A stretch of DNA of 64,000 nucleotides from Podarcis melisellensis (lineage: Eukaryota). The notes under the pieces are model-generated. The model did no database searches and was not told the origin of the DNA. It saw only the letters and a list, made by a program, of their open reading frames with translations. The stretch lies in the NCBI GenBank assembly GCA_964234715.1, contig OZ174281.1; one strand, given 5' to 3'. The translations under genes and the position numbers were made by a program. Shown one piece after another: positions 52,801 through 64,000 of this stretch (position 1 is the stretch's first letter; every line of letters starts with the position of its first letter).

Positions 52801-53438
52801 CCGTATTTTTCCATGTATAATATGATATTTCCCCCCAAAAAATTTAAGTTTAAAATTGGGGGTTGTCTTATACACAGAATGTTGCAATTAGATATATAAA
52901 TAAATACATGCCACCATCCATATTATCCCCCCCCCGCCAGCCTCACCTCACTAATGGCCTCACAATAAACCCTGGTCTGGTACTCCCCCCCCAGCAGCCC
53001 CCACTCTGGACATTGTCCTTTCCTCCCGGTTCCCTCAGCCACCCCCTGGCTACCCAGACCTCCCATTCCCCAAGCGCACTCACTCAGGCAGCTCTGGAAG
53101 TCGGAGCTCCTTGATCAGCATTCACATCTGCCAGCGCTTGTGGAGTAAATACGGTACATACTGTAAATACTGAGGCAAAAGTGCAACACACAGGCAGGAG
53201 AGCTGGAGCTACAGCTACAATGGAGTTACACTGAGCTGACAGGAGCAGCTGCCATTACACAGCTTGCCTCACTGTTTGATGTTTCAGTATACGGTACTAA
53301 ATATACCGGTGTTTTGAATATTTAATAAAATATCAAAGTTGTTCGGTTTGGTGTTTAAAATATTTCTTTCTTAATTTTGGGCTCAAAAAATAGGGGTCGT
53401 CTTATACATGGGGGTGTCTTATACACGGAAAAATACGG
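52801..53438. mobile_element. Tc2/pogo-type MITE
   Basis: TIR CCGTATTTTTCCATGTATAA / TTATACACGGAAAAATACGG, TA TSD. Confidence 0.82.
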
Positions 53439-54288
53439 TAATATGGAAAGATAGCCTGCATAAGTCTGGTGACATAGAAAAGTTTTTCAGGAGATGTTAA
53501 AAGCCTGAAACTGAAGGTGCCTGCTCAATGTCTATTGGCAGAGCATTCCACCCTTATTGGGCAGAAAGCATCTCAGTTTTGTTGTTGTTGTCAGATGAAT
53601 CCCACCAACTTGACAACCAACTATGCTGTTGCAAATGCTTTCAGTGATCAAGTTCAGATATAAGAGTTTAGGCATTCCTTAAGGTATCCTGGACCTAAGA
53701 TGTTCATTTACAATGAATGCAAGGACCTTGAACCTGGCTCAGTTACAGATGGGCAGCTAGTGCATATGTTTTAACAATGATGACATATGCTATCAGCCAT
53801 GTGTCCCAGTCAGCAGTGTAGCTGCTGCATTCTACACCAGCTAGAGATTTACAGCAGAGCCAAGGGCTGTGCCTCATAGAGCACATTATAGTAATCTAAC
53901 CCGAGGTTACCAGCGCATGGACTTCTGCGGTCAGGCTATCTCAGACCAAACAACTGGTAAAACTCAGAGGACGCTTGGGCATCTAGTGACAAAAATGTAT
54001 CCAGGAGTACCCACAAGCTGGGCACATGTTCCTTCAGAGGAAGTGCAACCCTATCTAGAACAGGCAACTTACCTATCTCCCAATGGTTGCCCCATCCTAT
54101 GATAGAGGGAAGGTGGGTGCGTTCCAGCTAAGCGTTGCTCCTTAATGTCTTCCCATGAAATGGAGGTCTTGCATCTGATGAATTGTACTATATGGGAAAT
54201 AGTTTGAGCCACAGAGGGGACAGAGTCTCGCATTACTGTTGAATCTCAAGTGCTTTGTTTGACTGATCAAATCCCTCTCCTTTCGTAG

Positions 54289-54404
54289 GTGGACCTCTAG
54301 ATCTAATGTCATGCCGAGTGGTTGCAGCAGGTACCCAGGAAATGGCTGCATTCATAGCTCAGGAAATTCAGACTATTCACTATAGACGAGATGATGAGAA
54401 TTGA
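54289..54404 (+). CDS. IMPA2: IMPA2 exon 8 (GGPLDLMSCRVVAAGTQEMAAFIAQEIQTIHYRRDDEN*)
   Basis: ttcgtag| acceptor, TGA at 54402-54404. Confidence 0.95.
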
Positions 54405-57400
54405 CCGGACTTACATATTCCTGAAAACAAGGAAACTTGTCCTTTTGGAACTACATTGCTTCCTTCAGGATGGCTTGCTTATAGGATAAATGGTTTAATT
54501 GTATGTTTCTTAATACAGTCTATATAGCAAAGGTATTATGAAAAAAAATTACTTGCATTATAGGAAGGTGAAGGGAAATTTTTAATTTTTGTAAGCTTCT
54601 TGGCCCCCTTTTAATGAGAATTTATTTCAGCTATGCTTTTTTTAAAAAAATCACAGGTATCCCAGATTGAGTTGGCTTCTTGCCTCTTTTAGGCTGAAGC
54701 AGAGGGGAAGCGGGGTTTGTACCACATTCAAATATAAATAAAACTCTATTTTTGCAGATCTCAGGTAAATTAGTCTTTCTGCAGCAAAGGGAAAATTGTT
54801 TTGAATTGTGTGCCTAAAGTACTCACACTCAACAGTGCTTGAGAATTCTAAACTTAAAAGTACATGTATAGAACAAAACCTTAGATAGTTACACTTCTAT
54901 TTACTTCTTAAAAAACAACTACACTCATTTATGTAGCACAGTCAAAAGTGGCAATGGCACATATCCTTGAACGGTGTATTATATTTATGTGGGTAACTTA
55001 AATAGTAGATATTGGTGCTGATCAGAAGATAAAAAGCTGTTTTTCCAACATCTGAAAATCTTCAGCTTCAATCAAGCAGCACAACATAAATCACAGCAGG
55101 GTGTGTTTTTTTCCATGACCTAGAAAATTCAATACAACATCACATAAGGATGTGATGGTTTTAACCTAGGTATTAGCACTGAGCACAGAACTAGCTTGGC
55201 AGCCATACAAACACATTGGTCACTGCTACACTTGAGTCATTACTATGGGGATGAGGAATCTTATTCAGGTGAGAACATAAAAAGAGTCCTACTAGATCGT
55301 GCCAAAGGCCCATATAGTCCAGAATCCTAGAGTGGCCAGCCAGATGTCTATATGGGAAGATCAGGCCTCACCTTGCCCTCCACGGGCCCTCCAGCCTTAG
55401 GATGCCATGAGCCCTGAACTCTTGAGCCTTCTCTCCCTTGGCTCAAAGACAGTTTGGACCCCTCTAAGAGAGGGGGGAACCCAGTGGCAACCCCACCTTT
55501 GGCTCCCCCAGGACAGAGGGGGCCAGCTTCTCCACCACCAGAGCTGGGGGTGAGCAAGAATGCCAGGAGGGGAGGCAGGCAAGCTGAGTGGGCATCTCTC
55601 GGGGGCCCAACCTGGACAGTTGCGAAGGAAAGGGAACACCAAGCACTCTGCAATATTTAAGAGACTTGTTTGAAAAACCTTCATAGGATGGTAACCTTTC
55701 AGGGATTCTTTAGCTGTGGTTCCTGCACTGCAGGGAGTTGAGCTAGATGACCCTTGGGGAAGCCTTCTAGCACTGCGATTCTGTGTAGCTCATAAGCAGA
55801 ACCTGAGTTAACGGTGCTCTTCTGATTCCCATCAAGTGGAATTCAGAGGCATGCTGCCTTTGATAGTGGAGTTTATAGAACACTAGCAAAGAAAATCTCT
55901 TTCACTGGGTGCTAATACTTGAAAAGGGCTCTGAAGGGAGATATAGTCAAAGGACTGAAGCAAAGCATTTTAACCAGTTTTTGAAAATAGCATCAGAATC
56001 TTCTGTCTTCAAGTTCCCTATATGTAGCAGTTCTGTTTATTTTTGTATGGCAGAGCATTCAGTCATATAAATCAATGCATGCTGTTTCAACTACAGCCCA
56101 CAAAATGTTTATTTCCTTATCTGTCCTTTGTGGGAGCTAGACTTAGAAATGATGTGAATCTACGGTTATCCACAGTAACTGTGTGGATAATTGTTGTAAT
56201 TTCTGCAGCTACTGAAAGTCAGCATCATGACCAAAACCCAGATAGTAGAACATTACCCCTGAAGTAGTCTGTGTCGCGTTAAGATCCTCTAAACCTAAAC
56301 ACACTGGAAATAACTGCCATTAAAACTAATGATACTTTTAAGCACAAATACTCAGGATTGGGATTGTGAGACTGAGCCAGTTGGTCCCAATATGAAAATC
56401 TGGGACTAGGAATTTTCTTTTGTTCCATAGAAATACAACCCTGGCTTTATAAACAGACATCCTACTGTCTAAGAGGAGTTTACTATTCTATTTAGCTATA
56501 TGTGTGTGCAAGAAAAAGGATTGTAAAGACCCAAAGAATATTAATAAGATGGTGATGTATGCTGCTCTGAGCACAACCCACTCTGTGAATGGAAAAAGTG
56601 ACTTGCAAATATTATAAATAAATGTTCTGAATGGAAGGGTCTGCAAAATCACAAGACATTGCTACATGTTAGCCTTGCTTCTGTTGCATTTTTTGTATAT
56701 GTTTAAGAGCTTCTTTGCTGGAGCACTGTATTGTTTAGGAAGCAAAGCAGCCACAGAAATAATCCTTTAATTTGGTGCATCTGCTTCACCAAAATACTGT
56801 ATAGCCATATGATGGAAACATTGTCACACATTGTTAATTGCATTGCAAAAATATTCTGGTGCCTGTGAGTTGTTTGCTCTGTTCCAGTCTGAACATTAAT
56901 GGCAATGAATGTGTTATCTGTGTGAAATGTCTCATTTTCCCAGGTATAAAGTATTGTGATTTGAGTGTTTGGAAATTGTGGTGTCTCCAACAGAAGTGAA
57001 AACTTGAAGAAAGACATGAAGAATGCGCACAATAAATGAACAGTTTTTGTGTAATTGAACTTGTATGCAGGAAAGCCCTAAAAATGCAGAAACATTTGTG
57101 GCTCACCTTTGTGTCTGTCTCAAGCTTTTAATTTGAGCATAGTTTTTGTGTGTGTTTTGGCAAAGCGAAGGTAGTGGGGAAACAAACTCTAAACCCAATA
57201 CTAGTGCCAACACTAAACTCATGCTGTGCTTGAATGCTTGTCCTAATAGCTTATCTTATGGTTTAAAGGACTGCCAACTCCTTTGCTGATTTTCTGTGGC
57301 TTTACCAGCTAAATGGCAGGGTGGGGGGAATTGGCAAGTTATAGCTTTTTCTGTCAATGACTAGAAGATGTTATTACTGCTTAGTCATCTAAGCAGTAGA

Positions 57401-57842
57401 TGACTACCCCCACCCCCAGTCATTACTATGCAGGTACCTTAATTAACAAATAAGCTGGCAATCTGTTGTTCAGTAATTCTGAAGCAAACAAACTGAAGCT
57501 GTGCCAGTCCTAAACCATGATGTGTGTCTGTCATTGCAAGTCAGACTGTACAAATATTTAAAATTGAGGGAGTACAGTTAAAGCACTGTTGACGTAATAG
57601 CACTTATCATTTATATAGCACTTCAGAATGTTCAAAGCACTTTCCATGTCTCATGTGTAAACCTTGTAAGAGTCCTCTAAGAGTAGTAATATCCTTATTT
57701 TGGGGATTGTGGAGAGAGCCTGCCTAAGACCAAGTTAATTCATTGAATGAGTGAAGATTCAAACAGTCTTACACACATTTAAGGTAATGGTAAAGGGACC
57801 CCTGACTCTTATACACATTTACATGGGAGTAAATCCCATTTG

Positions 57843-58118
57843 GACACAGGTGGTGCTATGGGATGCGGGTGGCTCTGTGGGTTAAACCACAGAGCCTAGG
57901 GCTTGCCTATCAGAAGGTTAGCAGTTTGAATCCCTGCAACGGGGTGAGCTCCCGTTGCTCCGTTCCTGCTCCTGCCAACCTAGTAGTTCAAAAGCACATC
58001 AAAGTGCAAGTAGATAAATAGGTACCACTCCAGCAGGAAGGTAAATTGCGTATGAGCGCCGCAACCCCAGAATCGTCCACCACTGGACCTAACGGTCAGG
58101 GGTCCCTTTACCTTTACC
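57843..58118 (+). mobile_element. Sauria SINE with internal deletion and 13-bp TSD
   Basis: TSD TAAATCCCATTTG at 57830-57842 and 58119-58131; tail CCTTTACCTTTACC. Confidence 0.88.
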
Positions 58119-60956
58119 TAAATCCCATTTGAATACAGTAAAATATATTAGACAAGCACAGGTTGTGCTACTCATGCATCTTTTCATTTCCATTTTTATA
58201 GCAGGCATAGTTGCTAGTTGGAGCCATGTCACTTGAGGGGGAGGGTTGTCAATTGCCCCCCCCCCAATGATTCAGAATGTCTATTGCTCTTCTACCTAGA
58301 ATGATTTTGATAAGCAACTTGGAGAGAGGGTTGGTTTATGAGAATCATGGCACAAGAGAAAAACAGCACCAAAGAACAATGGCATTTGGACTTGGTACAT
58401 TCATTTTTAATATATATACAGTATTTAACCCATCCTTTGAAAAAATAGTGATTGAAGCTGAGTCTAACAAGTCTTGGTATTATGTTGGTTATTTTTTTGT
58501 ATACACATTACTGTTTTCAACTGAAAAAGTAGCAGAAGGAAACTGGCCATGTTGACAACCAAAATGTTAAAAAATAGCAACTCTGCTATTTTTGGGTAGC
58601 ACAAAGTATTTTGTTTTCAGGTGCTGCACAATGAGTTGTTTTGTGTGTGATGTTATTCCAACATAAAGAACTTGGGAGCGCATGGGTTTCCTTTAAATGA
58701 CTTAGTTTAAAATGTTTAGACATAAAAATTATGAATCTGTCTATACTGTGTGATTCTTACAGTAATTGTGCACCATTAACTGTTCACTATTAAACCTATT
58801 CATATCTGTGAAATACTGCTGTAAAATCTGGTAACCCAGACATTTCTACCTCTGTATGGGGCTATGAGGAATAATTAACGTGTTGCAGCAAAATCCTGTA
58901 AATCCTTCTATTGAATTAAATAATATTATCCAGAATTATTAGAAGTATTAATGTATGTTGTCAAAACACTTACATTCTGCATGAAACTGGTTGGTCAAGG
59001 AAGTGCTGCTTCATACAATGTACAGTGAACTCACAGAAGTCCTTGCTGCAAGATGTAGTGTTATCTGTCTAACAGAGCATTGGACTGATTCAAGGAGGGG
59101 TAACTGTTGAAAGCTACTAGCTGTTTTTCTTCAAATATATGTAAAATCTGAAATGAGTAACTTGTTAACCAAAAGCTTAAGAGTACAACCTGGAACCCAG
59201 TGGTGTTTACTAGTATTACTTGCTTTTAGTAGAGCTGTTGTCTACGTCATGCTCATTTATGATCAGCCCCTTTCAAATAGTTAATAGGACTTTCATTTGT
59301 GAAGCACTGTGCAAAATTGCAGCCTTAGAATGCAAGCCAAAGCCTTTCATGTGCAGGGGCCTTTGTTCTCTTTGTAAAAGGGAAATAAATAGCCTAGATA
59401 CATGCAGGGGCTCCCTTCTGAAATGTTTCCTCAAAAAATAAAGCTAGGAATCCTTCAGCCATGAAATGCATACAGATGTGGATCACAGCCATAGAGTGGC
59501 TATAGACTTTGTATAAGTTTAAGCAGTGAGGCCACTGAAGTCTACTTGTCCTATTTTAAGTGTTCAGTCATAAGGGGAAAACATTTGTCATTTGTGTTTA
59601 CACCAGATGCCAGCAGAACATAGCATTGATTGGCTTAGAACTAGTCACATCACTAATCCTCACCCTGAAACAGTATTTGTGGGTTGTTGTTTTTTTAATC
59701 ATTTCTGCTTTTTAAAAAGAAGAGGAATGTACATTTAATTGAGTCAAACAGTATATTCGTAGTGTGTTTGTTTAAGTGAACAGAATGGAAGGAGGGTCAA
59801 GAATACTGAGCTGGCATTAAATTTGCTGGCCATTATATTTATCAAATGCATTTGTGTGGTGATGGTAGTGGGAAAGCCAGGTTTGAGAGGCAAGACGAAA
59901 GGTCACATCAAGTCATGACTTTGTTTTTACCACCAATATGTTTAAAGAGGGATTTTTCAAATTACAAATAAATACAAGTGTGCTTGTCATTGCTTAAATA
60001 TTTCAAAATGAAGTCAAATTGACATTATTGTTATTATTAAATTTTAATACATTTCAGGTTGGTATTATTGCTCACTTCTGTATGTTTGGACAGGTTTTCT
60101 AGCAAACTTGTGCAAACAGTCCTCTAGGAGTTCTGTTAATGTAGTCTACAAATAAAAGATTAATACATTTGAAGGTGAAATTATGATATTTTACTGTCTA
60201 TTACTTCTGTTTTCCAATGTATTCGCATCATGTTACATAAGCACTTGGGAGTAGGGTGAAAGATAATTTAACTTTCCTTAACCTGTGATAACTGGTCAAG
60301 CTAAAATTTAGTTTGCTGGGCCAAAGGGAAAGTTAATAGTTAAATTAATATCCAGTGTTTCCACTGAAGATTTTTGTGAGTCTACTGCTCATGCAACTTT
60401 TATTAAATGATTTATTTAGCACTTGTGTCCATTTTATTTAAGTGAAAATTACTTTTTGGTGATTAAAGGAAAGGGTGATTAAAAATGGTCATGCTCATAG
60501 CAATGATTTCATTATAGTCACTGTAATGTTGTTATCTGCATACTAACAAGATATTGTGCCTCTGGTACTGCTTTGCTCATCCTTTTTGAGGCGGCAATCC
60601 TAACCCCATTTCCCTGGGAGCAACCCACTTTGAATCCTGTGGGGCTTACTTTTGAGTAGACATTGTTAGGATTGTGGTGTGATTTAACCAGTTAGGAGTC
60701 TTCATAAAAGAAGTTATTGCTAAGCTCTATAACTTTATGAAAGGAAAGATGTGTTACAATGTATGTGTCTGAACCCACGTGCGTGTCCACCACTTACATG
60801 TATTCATACACACACTATCAAGAGGTTTAGGACTTTTTGCTGGAGTTACGACGTGTGTTCGTTATGAAAATGTGTTTACCCTTAACCGCATGCCCACAAG
60901 AAGTTCCCACACAAATAAATATTGGTTTATTACATGAAACTAAAGTGACAGAATTA

Positions 60957-61198
60957 CCGTATTTTTTGCTCTATAAGACTCACTTTTCCCCTCCTAAAAA
61001 GTAAGGGGAAATGTGTGTGCATCTTATGGAGCGAATGCAGGCTGCGCAGCTATCCCAGAAGCCAGAACAGCAAGAGGGATTGCTGCTTTCACTGTGCAGT
61101 GATCGCTCTTGCTGTTCTGGCTTCTGGGATTCAGAATATTTTTTTTCTTGTTTTCCTCCTCCAAAAACTAGGTGCGTCTTATAGAGCAAAAAATACGG
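60957..61198. mobile_element. Tc2/pogo-type MITE
   Basis: TIR CCGTATTTTTTGCTCTATAAGAC / GTCTTATAGAGCAAAAAATACGG, TA TSD. Confidence 0.85.
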
Positions 61199-63299
61199 TA
61201 TATAAATGCTGCTTCAGACAGCAAAACTGCAAGTTGAACAGGCAGCAAAATGGTACAGTACACATATGTCTTGATCTAAAGAGTGAAAGAATCTAAAACT
61301 ATTCTCAAAATCCTACAGAAAGCAAGAGTGCCAATTTTGCCACACAACTCACATTAATAGCAAGACAAGAAATGTAGGGGAAGGGTATAACTGTCCTTAA
61401 AGTGAAGCATGTCCTGGTTCCTTGAAAGTGTTGAGTAAGATCCTTGTTGGAACTTGGAGAGCTATTGGGCTTTTGTATTAATTTTAGCCAATATGTTGTA
61501 ATGGAGAAGAGAGGGAGGCTTTGAGATGAGCAAATTACTATAATTTCAATGATTTTATTGTTCTGTTGTCTCTTCCTAGAATTTCCTGCCTACTTGAAAT
61601 TTGAAAGAATATAATCCTAGTGAGCAATGACTAAACAGGTTATCCTTGTTTGTTTCCTGTCTTAAAGTTACCTTTCTTTTATCTTGGTGGCAACCATACT
61701 TTCGCAGGAGCTGTTGATTAGATTTATTGGTCACTAGATTAATGTGCTGATATTTACACAAGGTGTTAGAAGCTCAGGATGTCTCCTCCACACATTTGCA
61801 ATAAGACTGGCACCACAGTCGAGAGTTCATAATGAGGATCTCTTTTTCAGTGAGTGCAATCCTACCCATGTCTACACAAAAGCAATTGTGTCCACCCTCA
61901 GGTAAATGAGGTAATGCTCTGCTGCCTAAACTTCAGGCCTTGAGGTTCAGGTAAAAAAATGTTGCACATTTCTCAGAATTGAGCCCTGGCACTAAAAACC
62001 AGACTTCAACCCCTGTATACATTAATTCAGTGACCTACATAGGATTCTTAAGTGGGAGTGGTGTGTATATCCTGATTCTCTGCAGTCTTTATATCATGGA
62101 CACTTCCAGCCCCTCTGTCACTGTGTTTAAATTGAATTATAACCAAGTTAAAATGGATGGCTGCAGTGCTGATCTTCCTCTTGGTCTGTTCAAGGGTGAA
62201 GAGGAGGAGGGCTTAGTTGCCTGGAGGACAGCTCTTTGGCAAGCTTCAGGTCAGATGCAGGAGAAAAAGATAATTTGGCCAAGGCACAGGGAAGCCTGTG
62301 ACCTATTTCAACCAAGCCCCATTGTCATGTGAGGAAGACTGGACCTTGACTGTAGAAGATGTCTCTTAAAACATAATAGTTATATTTACACTTAGGGCAA
62401 TTCTGTGGTGACAAGGGAGCAGGGCCATGTTTTGAGCGCTGCCCCTGAAATCACATCTTCATTCTGCAACACCTGTTATGTGAGGTTGTGTGCAAAGAAT
62501 TCTTGACATGTGAGCATCTACCAACACAAAGGTAGATGCCTAATTCGGACACCTACATACTGCTGTCCCAATAGCACAGAACCCCTATACGCGTGCAGGA
62601 TCTTATACATAAGTTTTATTTACAGATAACCACACACAAACCCTGCTTGTCCTGGGAAATGGGTGCAAAGGTGGTGGAAGGGCACAGCCTTTAAAAGCTC
62701 CCACAATTGCCCTACGTGTGAGTAACACGTGACCAGGGCTGATGTTTCCTCATGTACATATTATCTTTGTATTTGTGGGGCACCCAGAACTGCTAACATT
62801 TAGTGGAGCCAATCAGTTGTGATAGCATTAGGACAGAACAGGCAACATTCACGAGAACAGCATCCTGCTGGGAGGGGTGCCAACTTTGCCAACTTGAATA
62901 AAATATGGGGGAGGGGCGCGGGGACAAGTAAGCCCTGCCCTGTATCAAAAGACATACTATTTGAATGGCAATGCCCATCAACTCCAGACCCCTCAAATAT
63001 TTTGCTGGGGGCAAAGGGTCAATGACCCTTAGGTGCTGGTTCCGATGCCTGCTGATCTAGGCCTCGGCTGTTGACATCTGCCCCTACTCTTTCGCTAAGA
63101 GACGTCTCATATTTCTCTGGCTCCAATCCTTTATTCACTAATCAAGAAGTGAATTTAGTGGGGCGTTCACTGTGTACCGCCTTATCGCGCAACCCTATGC
63201 ACGTGTATTCAGAAGCAACTCCGCGGGAGTTGCAGGATGTGCTAAAGCCTCCTCCTCATTGTCGCACGTTACCACGGGGGTGGAGGGTGGAGGTTCTTG

Positions 63300-63516
63300 T
63301 CGCCCCCTGCACACACCCAGGCAACCCGCCACGCGCACAGGCCCTTGCCTAAACTGCGTCCCTCCCGAAGGGGCGGTTTCGCTGCGCGCCTCCGCCCGTC
63401 GGGGGCGGGGCTGCAAAGAGCGACGCCTCCCTGGAGCCCCTGGGCTCATAAGAGGGCCGCGGCGGGAGGGGGCGCAGACGGCGTTGCTCGCTGGGAAGGA
63501 AGCCGAAGGTGCAAGG
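63300..63516 (+). promoter_or_regulatory. CIDEA: CpG-island promoter of probable CIDEA with GC boxes and TATA-like CATAAGAG (~63447)
   Basis: GGGGCGGGG Sp1 boxes, TATA-like element about 70 nt before the ATG. Confidence 0.55.
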
Positions 63517-63560
63517 ATGGCGGTGGTGTGCGCGCGCGATTTCGCCGCAGTTTTTTTCCG
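63517..63560 (+). CDS. CIDEA: Probable CIDEA exon 1 (MAVVCARDFAAVFFR)
   Basis: Kozak aggATGG; phase-2 donor CG|gtgagt. Resembles the human CIDEA N-terminus MEAARDYAGALIR as I recall it. CIDEA lies downstream of IMPA2 in amniote synteny. Only 14 codons are visible. Confidence 0.7.
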
Positions 63561-63672
63561 GTGAGTAATCGCCCAGGCGCCTGCTACCCAGGCACGTTTA
63601 CTCGGGAGTAAGTCCCGTCCCGCGGCGACCTTCCTTGGGCGCTGGTTGCCCGATATGCACACATGCAGTTGC

Positions 63673-63726
63673 ATCTATCTATCTATCTATCTATCATCTA
63701 TCTATCATCTATCTGTCTATCTCTAT
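63673..63726. repeat. Imperfect (ATCT)n tetranucleotide repeat
   Basis: Direct reading. Confidence 0.85.
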
Positions 63727-64000
63727 CGCCTTTACGTTTTCGGGGAGCTGGGGTGTCAGCGCCTGCTTGCTTGCCCCCGTTGCTCGCTTGCTCGCTTTCC
63801 TCCCTGGGAATGGGCAGGATCGGTCTCCTGAACTCCTGACCCGAGCAACACCCCTTGGTCTCCGGCTGCCATCTGGCTCCGCCACTTGCCACGTCCTCTT
63901 TGTCCGGCGCTCGAATCCGGACTAGGTGGCGCTCCTCTTTAAATCCAAGCGGGTTTTCTTTGTGTCTTGGAGGGCAGGGCGGGAGGGAGGTCGGCGTCGC

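Larger units (their letters stand above)
42612..54404 (+). other. IMPA2: IMPA2 gene, inositol monophosphatase 2, 292 aa
   Basis: join 42612-42719,44984-45117,47475-47579,48588-48633,50257-50365,51660-51768,52492-52643,54289-54404 = 879 nt. Motifs [27 protein letters not shown]. First AATAAA at 54737. Confidence 0.96.

Overview
Squamate reptile genomic DNA, probably a lacertid lizard judging from the Sauria/POM-type SINEs. It carries the conserved vertebrate block GNAL - MPPE1 - IMPA2 - CIDEA. I assembled exons by hand from GT-AG boundaries and phase continuity. They are: the last 7 coding exons of GNAL (+, 2967-8791), complete MPPE1 (-, 9 coding exons, 398 aa, 25872-12021, with a 5' non-coding exon near 27187), complete IMPA2 (+, 8 exons, 292 aa, 42612-54404), and probable CIDEA exon 1 (+, 63517-63560). 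Between MPPE1 and IMPA2 lies an intact 7-exon minus-strand gene (33989-28908, 263 aa) that the ORF track barely shows. It encodes a small coiled-coil protein with a CEP290-like C-terminus (ELAALDKDFFDEIEDLKY), an LC8-type VQT motif and a CxC..CxC patch, and there is a consensus RFX X-box upstream. This candidate ciliary 'mini-CEP290' gene is the main finding. Other notes: RFX motifs in GNAL, a probable GNAL/MPPE1 antisense 3' overlap, and many TEs (Sauria SINEs, L2, Penelope-like, Tc1/mariner, Tc2 and hAT MITEs), several with visible TSDs. Gene names rest on my recall of human protein sequences and synteny, not on database searches.
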